From Deltaproteobacteria bacterium (GTDB lineage Bacteria; Desulfobacterota; GWC2-55-46), in contig JACRCC010000048.1 in assembly GCA_016234405.1 (NCBI GenBank), positions 28,968 through 92,967 on the forward strand: a stretch of DNA of 64,000 bases. The letters run 5' to 3'. Below, piece by piece: positions 45,600 to 55,051 of this stretch. Numbering within the stretch: position 1 is the stretch's first letter; every line of letters begins with the position of its first letter. Below the pieces are notes generated by a model. The model saw only the letters and a program-made list of their open reading frames with translations, had not been told where the DNA came from and made no database searches. The position numbers and the translations under genes are program-made.

Positions 45600-45745
45600 C
45601 GCATACCCCGCTTTGTCGGACAATAAAAAACCCCCGCAGCCGTAAAGGCTGTGGAGGCCGCAAAAATATATATACGAATATCAGTCATCTCACTCCCCAT
45701 TTTTAATCTCTCAGGATTAAATTAAAAGGGTTCTTTGTTTTATAT
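45600..45745 (-). promoter_or_regulatory. PyrR-binding attenuator leader (anti-antiterminator loop + intrinsic terminator) upstream of pyrR
   Basis: Minus-strand AAUCCUGAGAGAUU (+45704-45717) matches the PyrR-binding consensus RRUCCNGAGAGGYU. Downstream is a GC hairpin (+45631-45660) followed by UUUUUUAUU, about 25 nt before the start codon. Confidence 0.45.
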
Positions 45746-45768
45746 CCGGCGGTTCATTACGGCGCGGG

Positions 45769-46179
45769 TCAATGCAACGCGCCGGTGGATTCCATCAACG
45801 GTTTTGTTACATTTATGTCGTAGTACAGAGTCCTTGAATTTCCGCCGGGTAAGTTCAACGTAACCTCGTAGTGGACGGTTATAAACACTTCGTTGTCTAT
45901 CCTGCTTATCTTTATATCGTCGCGCTCAATCGGCACCTTCCAATACTCAACCTTAGCCATCAAACGGTCGAGCATCTTTTCGTTCGAGTACATGTGAGCG
46001 GTTTTGGCCTCTGCTTCCACCTCCGTCTTAAACATGTAATAGACGGCATAAGGGGGCGCAATCATATACCCAGCATATCCTGCGGCCGCGAGAAACAATA
46101 TCCAGAAGATGACCCTGAAGTTTATCGAACCGCGGTTATTCAGACGCAATCTTTCTGACACTGTATGTAAGGTATACAT
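45769..46179 (-). CDS. hypothetical membrane-anchored protein (start taken at MYTLHT)
   Basis: Single TM helix VIFWILFLAAAGYAGYMI, then a ~90-aa soluble domain. No family recognised. Confidence 0.3.
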   Translation of the reverse strand: MYTLHTVSERLRLNNRGSINFRVIFWILFLAAAGYAGYMIAPPYAVYYMFKTEVEAEAKTAHMYSNEKMLDRLMAKVEYWKVPIERDDIKISRIDNEVFITVHYEVTLNLPGGNSRTLYYDINVTKPLMESTGALH

Positions 46180-46219
46180 CTTTAAACGCCTGCAGTCAAC
46201 AGATTTTTTAAGTATCTTT

Positions 46220-47530
46220 TCATTTCTTCGCCGTCCTCCCGACGCAGACGTAGTCAAAGCCGGATTCCAACATGAGCGCCGGGTCGTAGATATTGCGGAG
46301 ATCAATCACCTTATGGGCTTTGAGGAGCCCCTTTATCCTCTCCATGTCGAGTTTCCTGAACTGGTTCCATTCGGTGAGCACAACGAGGGCGTCGCTGCCT
46401 TGGGCGGCCTCGTATTCGTCGTTGCAGTATACGACCTCCGGCAACACGGCCTTCGTATTCTCCATGCCCGCAGGGTCATACGCCCTTATCTTCGCCCCCT
46501 CCTTGATGAGCATCCTCAAGATGTCTGTGGCCGGAGAATCCCTGATGTCGTCCGTGTTGGGCTTGAATGTGAGGCCGAGGGCCGCGACGGTCTTTCCGCG
46601 AACCGGGCCCATCACGGCGTGTATCTTGTCGAGCATGATTTCCCTCTGACAACGGTTGACCTCTATGACGGACTCTACGATCTTAAAGGTGTATCCGCTT
46701 TGCTTGGCTATCCGCGTTACGGCGGAGGTGTCCTTTGGGAAGCACGACCCGCCATAGCCCGGCCCCGGATGCAGGAACTTTGGCCCTATCCTCTTGTCAA
46801 GGCCCATGCCCTTTGCCACCATGTGCACGTCGGCGCCGACCCTGTCGCAGATGTTGGCCATTTCGTTTATAAAGGAAATCTTCGTGGCGAGAAATGCGTT
46901 AGAAGCATATTTTATAAGCTCGGCGGTTTCGATGTCCGTAATCACAAAAGGCGTCTCGATGAGATACAGCGGCGAATAGAGGTCTTTCATGATGGCAACG
47001 GCCTCGGCGCTCCGGGCGCCGATGACGACTCTATTCGGCCTCATGAAGTCCTCGATGGCCGAGCCTTCCCTCAGAAACTCCGGGTTGGAAGCGACGTCGA
47101 ACTTGTGCGAACCTGGCTGCTCCCTTTCTATTATCTTTTCAATAAGCGCGCCGGTGCCGACCGGCACCGTGCTCTTGGTGACTATGACCTTGTAGCCGTT
47201 AAGGTTAGCCGCGATGGTCTTTGCGACCTCCTCCACGTAGACGAGGTCCGCGCTTCCGTCCTCTTTCGGAGGCGTGCCCACGGCGATGAATATCACAAGG
47301 GATTTTCTTATGGCGTCTGCGAGGCCGGTCGTGAACGTGAGCCTCTTTTCATGGACGTTTTTGTCAACGAGTTCCTTGATGCCCGGCTCATAGATGGGCA
47401 TCTCGCCGCGGTTTAACATCGCAATCTTTGCCGAATCCTTGTCAACGCACGCGACGTTGACGCCGAAGTCCGCAAAACACGTGCCCGTAACAAGACCGAC
47501 GTACCCGCTTCCTATAACGCAAATATTCAT
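46220..47530 (-). CDS. ugd: UDP-glucose 6-dehydrogenase (nucleotide-sugar dehydrogenase family)
   Basis: N-terminal MNICVIGSGYVGLVTG Rossmann, catalytic GGSCFPKD, central and C-terminal UDPG_MGDP_dh domains. Confidence 0.8.
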   Translation of the reverse strand: MNICVIGSGYVGLVTGTCFADFGVNVACVDKDSAKIAMLNRGEMPIYEPGIKELVDKNVHEKRLTFTTGLADAIRKSLVIFIAVGTPPKEDGSADLVYVEEVAKTIAANLNGYKVIVTKSTVPVGTGALIEKIIEREQPGSHKFDVASNPEFLREGSAIEDFMRPNRVVIGARSAEAVAIMKDLYSPLYLIETPFVITDIETAELIKYASNAFLATKISFINEMANICDRVGADVHMVAKGMGLDKRIGPKFLHPGPGYGGSCFPKDTSAVTRIAKQSGYTFKIVESVIEVNRCQREIMLDKIHAVMGPVRGKTVAALGLTFKPNTDDIRDSPATDILRMLIKEGAKIRAYDPAGMENTKAVLPEVVYCNDEYEAAQGSDALVVLTEWNQFRKLDMERIKGLLKAHKVIDLRNIYDPALMLESGFDYVCVGRTAKK

Positions 47531-48687
47531 GAACCCGACCCCTTAAAATCCGTAGACCTCAACAAGCCCTTCATCCGCTCGAAACACTCCCACGCGTTTA
47601 TGTCCATGCAAGCCATGCCCGCGCACCCGTCTTTCAATGAGCACGGGGCGCACGAAAGGTCTTTTTTGACTATTGCAACCCTCTCTCCGACAGGCCGCCA
47701 CTTGACCGGGTCGTTAATGCCGCACCAGACTACAACCGTAGAAATACCGAATGAAGCCGCAAGGTGCGCGGGCAGGGAATCGAGACCGGCAAAGGCCGTT
47801 GCCCCCTTCAAGGCTGCGGCAAACACGTCAAAAGGTATCAAAGAGTCTATTTTAATGCAACCATTTAAATCGCCGCACACAGGGTCATATACAAAGACTT
47901 TATATCCCAAATTTGCGGCCATTGAATTTATCAGCGTCTGCCAACCCTCTTTTTTCCAATATTTTTTCGGATTCCCTGCGCCCGTATGGATTAAAATATA
48001 CGGGACGTTATCGCTTACGCCAAGCCCCTTTTTCATCGAGGCCCACTTCGAGGACGCCGCTTTACTCACGCTAAAAGAAGGTTTTAAATCTTTTTCCGAA
48101 ACCTTCACGCCGACTGCATTCAGCGCGTCCGCAAGATGGGCAGATTCGTGGACGCCTTCCCTGTACGGCGCGACCGCGTCGAGGAGAAAACCAAAACCGC
48201 CCGTGGAAAATCCGGCGATATTTTTGCACCCGCCGAGATACGCGAGCACAATCCCGTTGAAGGGATACGCCCGCAGCATGAGACAAAGGTCATAAGGGTC
48301 TTTTCTTATCTCCCTTACGGCTTTTAAAAAACCAAATATCGCAACAGAGAGGTTTTTGAATACGCCCGGACGCCTGTTGTGCTTGAAGGCGTCATATACG
48401 ATAACCCTATCTATATAAGGGTTGTCCTTGAGACATACGCACGACCAACTCGCCGCCATGAAGTCAATCCGCGCTTGGGGATATGCCTTTTTAAGATGCG
48501 GCAAAACCGAACTTGCGAGAAACACGTCGCCTAAATGGTCTATGCGCGAGACGAGGATCTTTTTTACGTCCTCGGAGCGTCTTCCGGAGGGTTTTAAAAA
48601 AACGTATCCGATGGAATCAACAAGCCCCTGCAAAAACGCCATGTAGGGTTTTTGGTAAAGATACGGTCTGCCGAATGAATGCCTCAT
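47527..48687 (-). CDS. glycosyltransferase family 9 (heptosyltransferase-like); start taken at MRHSF (48687)
   Basis: KKILVSRIDHLGDVFLASSVLPHLKKAYPQARIDFMA… resembles the GT9 N-terminus (IRLSSLGDV…). Confidence 0.55.
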   Translation of the reverse strand: MRHSFGRPYLYQKPYMAFLQGLVDSIGYVFLKPSGRRSEDVKKILVSRIDHLGDVFLASSVLPHLKKAYPQARIDFMAASWSCVCLKDNPYIDRVIVYDAFKHNRRPGVFKNLSVAIFGFLKAVREIRKDPYDLCLMLRAYPFNGIVLAYLGGCKNIAGFSTGGFGFLLDAVAPYREGVHESAHLADALNAVGVKVSEKDLKPSFSVSKAASSKWASMKKGLGVSDNVPYILIHTGAGNPKKYWKKEGWQTLINSMAANLGYKVFVYDPVCGDLNGCIKIDSLIPFDVFAAALKGATAFAGLDSLPAHLAASFGISTVVVWCGINDPVKWRPVGERVAIVKKDLSCAPCSLKDGCAGMACMDINAWECFERMKGLLRSTDFKGSGS

Positions 48688-49427
48688 TGTTTGAGTTTTC
48701 CGATGACTCCGACAAAAAGACCGTTGGCCGATGTGGCCGCATAGTCGTATTCTGACGCGCCTATGATATCCTCTGCGGCCTGAACCCACTTGCATGGACC
48801 CGCCTTCCTGAGGCAAAATCTGTCGTCAAAGGCGAGTCTGCCGGACTTCAATAAAGAATCCATATTTGGATTGTAGCCGAGAGGGAGGGTAGAGACAAGA
48901 ACCCCGCCCGGCGCGAGCATTGACTTTAGGTTTTCGAGGGCGCGCACTATCTTTTCCGGGTCTTTCGGCGTCTCGTCAAAACCCACGTGCTCGATGGTCG
49001 AGATGCTGACGATGAGGTCGTACTTGCCGGGCGGTTTGAACTCTACCACGTCTACATTTTTTACCCCCGCGCCCTTTTCGTACTTGTCTATCACGTCGTG
49101 CGGGAAATTAAAATAATGACTGAGGACGTTGCCCACCTCGAGTATCCGTTTGCCGGAGCGCTTCTCAACCTCGGCCATGACTATAGGAACTTCTATTGCG
49201 CGTTCATTCTTCCACGTTGTGCAGTACCTGTGATAAAAATAATCATACTGTCTGTTGTCAAACGCGAATCGCCCCTTTTTGAAGACCGTGAAATAAAAAT
49301 ATACGACTGAACCGTCGGCAAGGTAGGCGAGTTTTCGCAAAAAAGCGCCGGCAAACCCAAGCGCGCCCTTTTCCCTGAATACCGAAACCGTCTTGCCTAT
49401 CAGAGCCATATCCAAATTAAAATCCAA
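48684..49427 (-). CDS. class I SAM-dependent methyltransferase
   Basis: Motif I ILEVGN, motif II DLIVSISTIEH, motif III LAPGGVLVSTLP. Confidence 0.5.
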   Translation of the reverse strand: MDFNLDMALIGKTVSVFREKGALGFAGAFLRKLAYLADGSVVYFYFTVFKKGRFAFDNRQYDYFYHRYCTTWKNERAIEVPIVMAEVEKRSGKRILEVGNVLSHYFNFPHDVIDKYEKGAGVKNVDVVEFKPPGKYDLIVSISTIEHVGFDETPKDPEKIVRALENLKSMLAPGGVLVSTLPLGYNPNMDSLLKSGRLAFDDRFCLRKAGPCKWVQAAEDIIGASEYDYAATSANGLFVGVIGKLKQ

Positions 49428-49448
49428 TCTTTTGAATAACAGAAAAAA

Positions 49449-50555
49449 TCAAACAAGCCCTTCAAAGACCTTTAGCGTTTCTTGCGCCGTCTTCTCCCAC
49501 GAAAACCCCTTTGCGCGCTCAATGCCCTTGAGTCTCAAACCCTCTGCAAGGGTGGTGTCGTCAAGGAGTTTATCCAAGGCATGAGCGATGCCATCAACGT
49601 CCTTTGGGTCAACAAGCATGGCCGCGTCACCGGCGACCTCGGGCATGGAAGAAACGTTGGAGGTTATGACCGGGCAACCGCAGGCAAAGGCCTCAACTAT
49701 GGGAAGACCGAATCCTTCATGCAAAGACGGAAACATCAGCGCGGAGGCCGAGGCAAGCAGCCTCGGCATGTCCTCTATCGGGATATATCCGAGCAGGACT
49801 ACGTCTCTAACAAGACCGAGCCTTCTGATTTCGCCAACCACCTCATCGTAGGCCATACCTTTTTTACCTGTTATGACCAACATAAAATCCTTGCGGAATT
49901 TGCTGCGGCCATACGCCTGTATAATGCGCGGTATGTTTTTTCTGTACCAGAGGAGGGACGACGTATTTATCACAAACGGCCTGTCGAGCGAGTATTTTTT
50001 TTTGACCGCGTCCTTTTCATCGTTGCCGTATATCTTATAGAGCAACTTATCGTAACCGAGCGGGGTTACGATTACTTTATCCGGTTCGACCCCTGCAATC
50101 TCCACGACGCTTTTTTTCGTGGCCTCCGATATGGCAAGTATCTTATCCGCTCTCTTAAAAGCGCTCTTTATGGCTATTAGGAAGTGCAGCTTGGCGGTAA
50201 GGGTGACCGGGCTGCCGAAATAGTCCTTTAACGCATGAAGGTCATAGGCCGTCAAGACCTTTTTCCCGCCCACGAAAAACGGAAGTTTTTCGTGCGGCAC
50301 GAAGACTACGTCGTGGGGGTCATTTAGAAGCTCACGGGTAAAGGCGAGATACGTCATCCAGAACCGAGGCGGCCCCAAAACCTTTTCGTGAAAATTCTTA
50401 GCGGCCACCCTGTGCCTGAACTCGTGGCTCGAATAAAGGTCGTAGGTGTTCTTCGGGTCTATGGCGGCAAGCGCCCTGAGGAGGTTATAGGTATAATACC
50501 CCATGCCGTTAAGACGCTCTTCGCTCATCATCTTTGCGTGGACCGCTATCCTCAT
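49449..50555 (-). CDS. glycosyltransferase family 4 (GT-B, retaining)
   Basis: C-terminal FPSLHEGFGLPIVEAFACGCPVITSNVSSMPEVAGD (EX7E-type motif). Confidence 0.75.
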   Translation of the reverse strand: MRIAVHAKMMSEERLNGMGYYTYNLLRALAAIDPKNTYDLYSSHEFRHRVAAKNFHEKVLGPPRFWMTYLAFTRELLNDPHDVVFVPHEKLPFFVGGKKVLTAYDLHALKDYFGSPVTLTAKLHFLIAIKSAFKRADKILAISEATKKSVVEIAGVEPDKVIVTPLGYDKLLYKIYGNDEKDAVKKKYSLDRPFVINTSSLLWYRKNIPRIIQAYGRSKFRKDFMLVITGKKGMAYDEVVGEIRRLGLVRDVVLLGYIPIEDMPRLLASASALMFPSLHEGFGLPIVEAFACGCPVITSNVSSMPEVAGDAAMLVDPKDVDGIAHALDKLLDDTTLAEGLRLKGIERAKGFSWEKTAQETLKVFEGLV

Positions 50556-51358
50556 TTTTCAATACCAGCGAGCACGTATAGCCCCCTGCCGCACAAGGGC
50601 AGAGACTCGACGACGGGCTTCAAGGCCGAGGCCAGAGCCGGGATCACGCCCTTGTGCATTGAGCGCGACTTCAAAAAACCCTCGATGTCCGGCCTCTTCT
50701 CGGCGTATCTTATCACCTTGAAGCCGTTAAGGCCCAAAAAGCGGGTTACGCTATTTATGTTCCACCTCGTCAGATGGTGCGGCGGGCCGTCCTCTGTATC
50801 GAATCGGGCCATAGTTCTGCCGCGGTTCGGGACGCTAAGGGCAATGCAGCCTCCGGGATTTAGCAACGTCCTTACCTGACGGATAAAACCAACCGGGTCT
50901 TCGAGATGTTCGAGCACCTCGAAAAACGTGACAAAGTCGAAACCCATGCCTTTAAATGTATCGGCGGCATCGAAGACAGACGCGCAAAAGACGTTTTCGA
51001 GGCCGAACCGTTTCTTTGCCACGACGATTTTTTCCGCCACGAAGTCCACTCCGTAGACGTCGCAACCGGCTTTTTTTACTTCGACCAAAAATTCCCCGAC
51101 GCCGCAGCCGATGTCGAGGAGCGTCTTTCCGACCAGATTTTTTTCTTCAAGGAACTGCCTGTGGTGCCACGAAATCTCGAAGTTCCATGTCCAGTAATCA
51201 ACGTTAGACTCCGCATCCCTGTAGAGCGCCGGGTCCGCGCCCTTCATCGGTTCGGAAAAAACAAGACCGCACGCGAGACAGAGAAATTGTTTATACTGAG
51301 TCCCCGGCTTCTTTAAAGGCCTAACGTTCACAGCGCCGCATGAAACACAAGTGCTCAT
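50552..51358 (-). CDS. SAM-dependent methyltransferase with N-terminal zinc-ribbon (paralog a)
   Basis: CVSCG…CLACG zinc ribbon; LLDIGCGVGEF motif I; Methyltransf_11/23-like core. Confidence 0.6.
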   Translation of the reverse strand: MSTCVSCGAVNVRPLKKPGTQYKQFLCLACGLVFSEPMKGADPALYRDAESNVDYWTWNFEISWHHRQFLEEKNLVGKTLLDIGCGVGEFLVEVKKAGCDVYGVDFVAEKIVVAKKRFGLENVFCASVFDAADTFKGMGFDFVTFFEVLEHLEDPVGFIRQVRTLLNPGGCIALSVPNRGRTMARFDTEDGPPHHLTRWNINSVTRFLGLNGFKVIRYAEKRPDIEGFLKSRSMHKGVIPALASALKPVVESLPLCGRGLYVLAGIEK

Positions 51359-52254
51359 GAATTAAACCTTGCCGTGCAGACCATGCCTGCGGCCTTCAAG
51401 TTGAAAACCCTCAGCAACATGCCCGGTGGATACGTGAGCGCGCCGAATATCGCGTCTTTTATCCTCATAAGACGCCGCGCCTTTTCTATTGCCGCCCCGT
51501 CATCGGCGTCAAGCCCCTCTTTAACGAGGTTGTGGGCTATCCTCAATCTGAGCTTGCCCTTGAGGTAGATGTTCAAGTCTTCATGGTCGAGCGGCTTTTC
51601 AATCAGGCTTATAACCGTAAAGCCCATGCGCTCCAGAAAAGATTTAAGCGACGCGGCGTTCCATTTCGTGAGATGGTTCGGGGGCGCGTCGCCTTCACCG
51701 AGGGTGTCGAGCGCCCGTTCTCTATTTGGAACCGAAAGGGCGATTACGCCTCTATCCGAGAGCAGCCCTTTGATGTCCTCCAAAAATTGTTCAGGGGCGT
51801 CGAGATGTTCGAGCACCTCGAAAAAAGTGACTATATCGAAGGAGTTTTTGCCGAGGGTTTTCAACGCGGCCTCGACGCTCATACAAAAGACGTTTTCGAG
51901 CTTGTATCTCTCCTTTGCTATCGCAATATTGCGCGCATCGAAGTCCAACCCCCATGCGTCATAACCCGTTTTTTTTGCCTCGCTTATGAATACCCCGTTC
52001 CCGCAGCCTATATCAAGAAGCCTCTTGCCCGGAAGCCTCATCTTGAGGACTTGCCTATGATGCCACTCTATGTCCTTTGTGATTACGCGCCCGACGCTGT
52101 AGACCTCCGAAGACTCGTACCATCCCGCGCCCGGGGCTTTGAAGGGGTCGGCATAGACCACGTCGCACGCGCCGCACCTGTACATCGTATAATCGCCGGA
52201 AAGACCGAGTCTTTCATCGGCGTTAGCGGAGCTGCATACGGGACATGCCTTCAT
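51355..52254 (-). CDS. SAM-dependent methyltransferase with N-terminal zinc-ribbon (paralog b; start taken at MKACPV)
   Basis: CPVCSS…CGACD zinc ribbon; LLDIGCGNGVF. Shares FFEVLEHL, ALSVPNR and HHLTKWN with paralog a. Confidence 0.6.
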   Translation of the reverse strand: MKACPVCSSANADERLGLSGDYTMYRCGACDVVYADPFKAPGAGWYESSEVYSVGRVITKDIEWHHRQVLKMRLPGKRLLDIGCGNGVFISEAKKTGYDAWGLDFDARNIAIAKERYKLENVFCMSVEAALKTLGKNSFDIVTFFEVLEHLDAPEQFLEDIKGLLSDRGVIALSVPNRERALDTLGEGDAPPNHLTKWNAASLKSFLERMGFTVISLIEKPLDHEDLNIYLKGKLRLRIAHNLVKEGLDADDGAAIEKARRLMRIKDAIFGALTYPPGMLLRVFNLKAAGMVCTARFNS

Positions 52255-53909
52255 CTTTCCTTCCTGACACCTGCCGCGTTCTTTTTCGGCAGATAAAAAA
52301 GCACCCACGCGTTCGTGGGCTTGACGAACTGTTTTTTGTAAAGGTCGTAGTAACGCTCCGTAACGTCCCTCAATGGGTATGGAGAATAACCCAAGCCTAA
52401 AAGCTTCTCAAGCTCGGTTCCGTCGCCGAGAATGATAAGGGGAATCTCTTTTCTTTCAATCATGCCGAAAAGTAAAGGCTCCGGCGTAAAGAGATATTTC
52501 CCGGCCTTGGTCTTGTCGGTCATAAGCTGCCAAAAAAGCGCGCTGTCCGTTGGATACTCAAAACCCCTCACCGGACGCCTGCCTGATTCAAAGACGAACA
52601 TGCCCCAATTGTCCAATACGACGTCCCCTTCTTTCGTGAATCTTTTTACGATATCTTCGGACTCCTTGGTCACGTAGGCCGGGGTTATAATCACGTCTTT
52701 TGACCCGAACATGTAAAAGATGCTCGTCCTCAATTTTTGCTGGTAGTGCCAGTAAAAAAGTAGAATGGCGGCAACCGAGACGGCTCCCCCCGCGATAACG
52801 AGTTTTTTCAAGCCAAGACGGCGCGAGACGGTCATCGCCAGGGGAGCGCAGAGGAAAATTGCGAAAAGAACGAGTTGGTTGACGTAACCGAGATAATTTC
52901 CGTAGAGGTTCGCGTAGACCCAGATGACGGCAAGGAATATCAGCGCGGAGAAGAGATAGACCCTGCCCCTGACCGCGTCTATCATGCGGGTTTTTCGAGT
53001 GTAAAAAAATACGACGAGCGACGCGAGGAGGACGATTATAAGAAATGAGTTGTCAGGCACGGTAACTATCTCGTAAAGGCCCTTCCTAATCATTGCGTAT
53101 TTGGCCGCCCCGTTCACGTCAACTAAAAAGTCCGGGTTATTGCCCCTGCCGAGGTAAATCTGCGCGTATATCCCGGCCCAGATCGCGTATGCGCGCTCAG
53201 GCTCCTTTAAAAAAAGCCAGATGGCCGGGAGTATAGGGACGGTCGTGGCAACGGTAAAGACGGAAAGGTTCTTTACGATTTCCTTGATGGGAGACCGCTC
53301 CCTGAGCATCACGTAGACGAGCCAGCAGGCGAAGACAAAAGGCAGTATGAAGATAAGCCTCATGCCCATGGAGACCCCGAGACAGACCCCGGATATTATA
53401 AGGACTCCGTATCCGAACCGCCTGTCCCTGATATACGCCCCGGCAAGCGCGGCAAAGGCCGCGAAGTTAAAAAGGTTTGAGAGGGCAAAGGGTTTTACGG
53501 GCAGGTTTGTCTTGAAAAACGTGAGATTTGTAATATAGAGCAGATACAGGAGCAGCGTCGCGGTCCAGTCTTCCGTAAATCTTTTTGCCGCCCAGATGAA
53601 CAAAAGCCCGGTTGAAAACATGGCAATGGCCGAGAGGAACCTGCCTGATACTATCGAAAACCCGAAGGCCTTCATCCATGCGCCGTAAAAATAATACAGA
53701 AGCGGCTGATTGTGCGCGTTGATGTCGAGTATCGGAACTCTGCCGTTAATCACCTCACGCGCGGTAACGAGCATCCCGCCCTCGTCGCCGTCAACGAACC
53801 TCCAATACACGCCTGCGACAACGAGCGCCGCGTGGACGACGACCGCGAGCAAAAGAACGATTTTTATATTTTTATCCTTGCCGTTCATGACTCCATCACC
53901 ATATCTCAA
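52251..53909 (-). CDS. PMT/ArnT-like GT-C membrane glycosyltransferase (PMT_2-like)
   Basis: N-terminal …GDEGGMLVTAREVINGRVP…HNQPLLYYFYGAWMKAFGFS…RFLSA pattern (DE…HPPL…FG…R) as in ArnT/PMT family, plus about 10 further TM helices. Confidence 0.5.
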   Translation of the reverse strand: MRYGDGVMNGKDKNIKIVLLLAVVVHAALVVAGVYWRFVDGDEGGMLVTAREVINGRVPILDINAHNQPLLYYFYGAWMKAFGFSIVSGRFLSAIAMFSTGLLFIWAAKRFTEDWTATLLLYLLYITNLTFFKTNLPVKPFALSNLFNFAAFAALAGAYIRDRRFGYGVLIISGVCLGVSMGMRLIFILPFVFACWLVYVMLRERSPIKEIVKNLSVFTVATTVPILPAIWLFLKEPERAYAIWAGIYAQIYLGRGNNPDFLVDVNGAAKYAMIRKGLYEIVTVPDNSFLIIVLLASLVVFFYTRKTRMIDAVRGRVYLFSALIFLAVIWVYANLYGNYLGYVNQLVLFAIFLCAPLAMTVSRRLGLKKLVIAGGAVSVAAILLFYWHYQQKLRTSIFYMFGSKDVIITPAYVTKESEDIVKRFTKEGDVVLDNWGMFVFESGRRPVRGFEYPTDSALFWQLMTDKTKAGKYLFTPEPLLFGMIERKEIPLIILGDGTELEKLLGLGYSPYPLRDVTERYYDLYKKQFVKPTNAWVLFYLPKKNAAGVRKER

Positions 53910-55050
53910 ACGGATAGACGGGGCTGACGAATAGCACCCTTACAAGCGTCAGAAAACTCAAAAAGGCGATTGCGTAAACGCACGGCTTCAACTTCCCTCC
54001 CTTATACGCGGCAAAGGACAGGACGAGAAACGGAAATATGCCGTAAAACATCCGCAGGAGGCCGTTAAAGTTGTCCCACTGCGAAGAAACCGTAAACGGC
54101 ACGAGGAGGACATAAGCCGCCACGACATATAAAAAAAACGCTCTTTTCTCCCGCAAGGCCGCCGCGCCCGCGACGGCCGTTACCGCGAAAAAAATCAAAA
54201 CTACGAAGCAACTCAATATCTTGAAAAAATCACGAACGCCTGAAAACTCGACGCCCCCGAAATACGATACAATCCCGTAAAACGGGATGGGATTTATGAC
54301 CGTGGCGGACGCGCCTGCGGGCAGGTCTCCGAGGCGATACGCGATAAAAAACTGCCAGAGGAAAAAAGGGACGAGCGCGGAGAGCAAGACCGCGATGCGC
54401 GAAAACTTTTTTTCCTTCTGATAATCCCAGACGAGCATGGGGATGAGCGCCATAACGGAGTCCTCTCGCGTCAAAAAAGCCAAGGCCATAAAAACAGCCG
54501 TTACGACCAAGCTCTTTTTGACGACGTAGAAATATACGGCCGAGACAATCAACGCGATGGAGAGCGGTGAAGGCAGGTCGTACTGGATGGTCATGATAGA
54601 GGGCGGCGCAAGGCCGTAAAAAAAAGACCAATAGGAACTTGCCCCGTAGTGCCGCAGGATGGCGATGAAAAAAACCATGCCCGCTCCAAGTGCGATGATA
54701 TTTACGAGGAACATGGAGTAGGGAAGCCACTGGGCATTTCCGAGCGCAAGGACGCGGGCGGCAACGGGATATAAAATCCTCTGCTGCCGGTATGCGTCCT
54801 TATAAACCCCTTCGGACATGAACGGATCCATGGCCGCGAGATAATAGGCCTGTCCGTCATATCCGCCTTTGTCGCCGAATACGACCATGCCCTTCTGAAA
54901 ATACTTTTGAACAGGGCCGGGATTTTCGGTCTTACTTATGCGTATCATGGCCGAAAAATTGTAGGCGTAGGGACGGATGGAATAGACGGAGAGAAAAACC
55001 ACTGCCGCAAGCGTTATGATTATGGGTATGGAATATTCCTTTATGGGCAT
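53896..55050 (-). CDS. polytopic integral membrane protein, unknown (possible GT-C / glycan polymerase type)
   Basis: About 10 predicted TM helices. Located between the PMT-like and flippase genes. No motif recognised. Confidence 0.3.
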   Translation of the reverse strand: MPIKEYSIPIIITLAAVVFLSVYSIRPYAYNFSAMIRISKTENPGPVQKYFQKGMVVFGDKGGYDGQAYYLAAMDPFMSEGVYKDAYRQQRILYPVAARVLALGNAQWLPYSMFLVNIIALGAGMVFFIAILRHYGASSYWSFFYGLAPPSIMTIQYDLPSPLSIALIVSAVYFYVVKKSLVVTAVFMALAFLTREDSVMALIPMLVWDYQKEKKFSRIAVLLSALVPFFLWQFFIAYRLGDLPAGASATVINPIPFYGIVSYFGGVEFSGVRDFFKILSCFVVLIFFAVTAVAGAAALREKRAFFLYVVAAYVLLVPFTVSSQWDNFNGLLRMFYGIFPFLVLSFAAYKGGKLKPCVYAIAFLSFLTLVRVLFVSPVYPFEIW

Positions 55051-55051
55051 G

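Noticed and set aside
46109-47416. 435-aa + strand ORF antisense to ugd
   Set aside because: The minus frame has the canonical UDP-glucose dehydrogenase Rossmann and catalytic motifs. The + frame is Arg/Leu/Gly-rich with no motifs.
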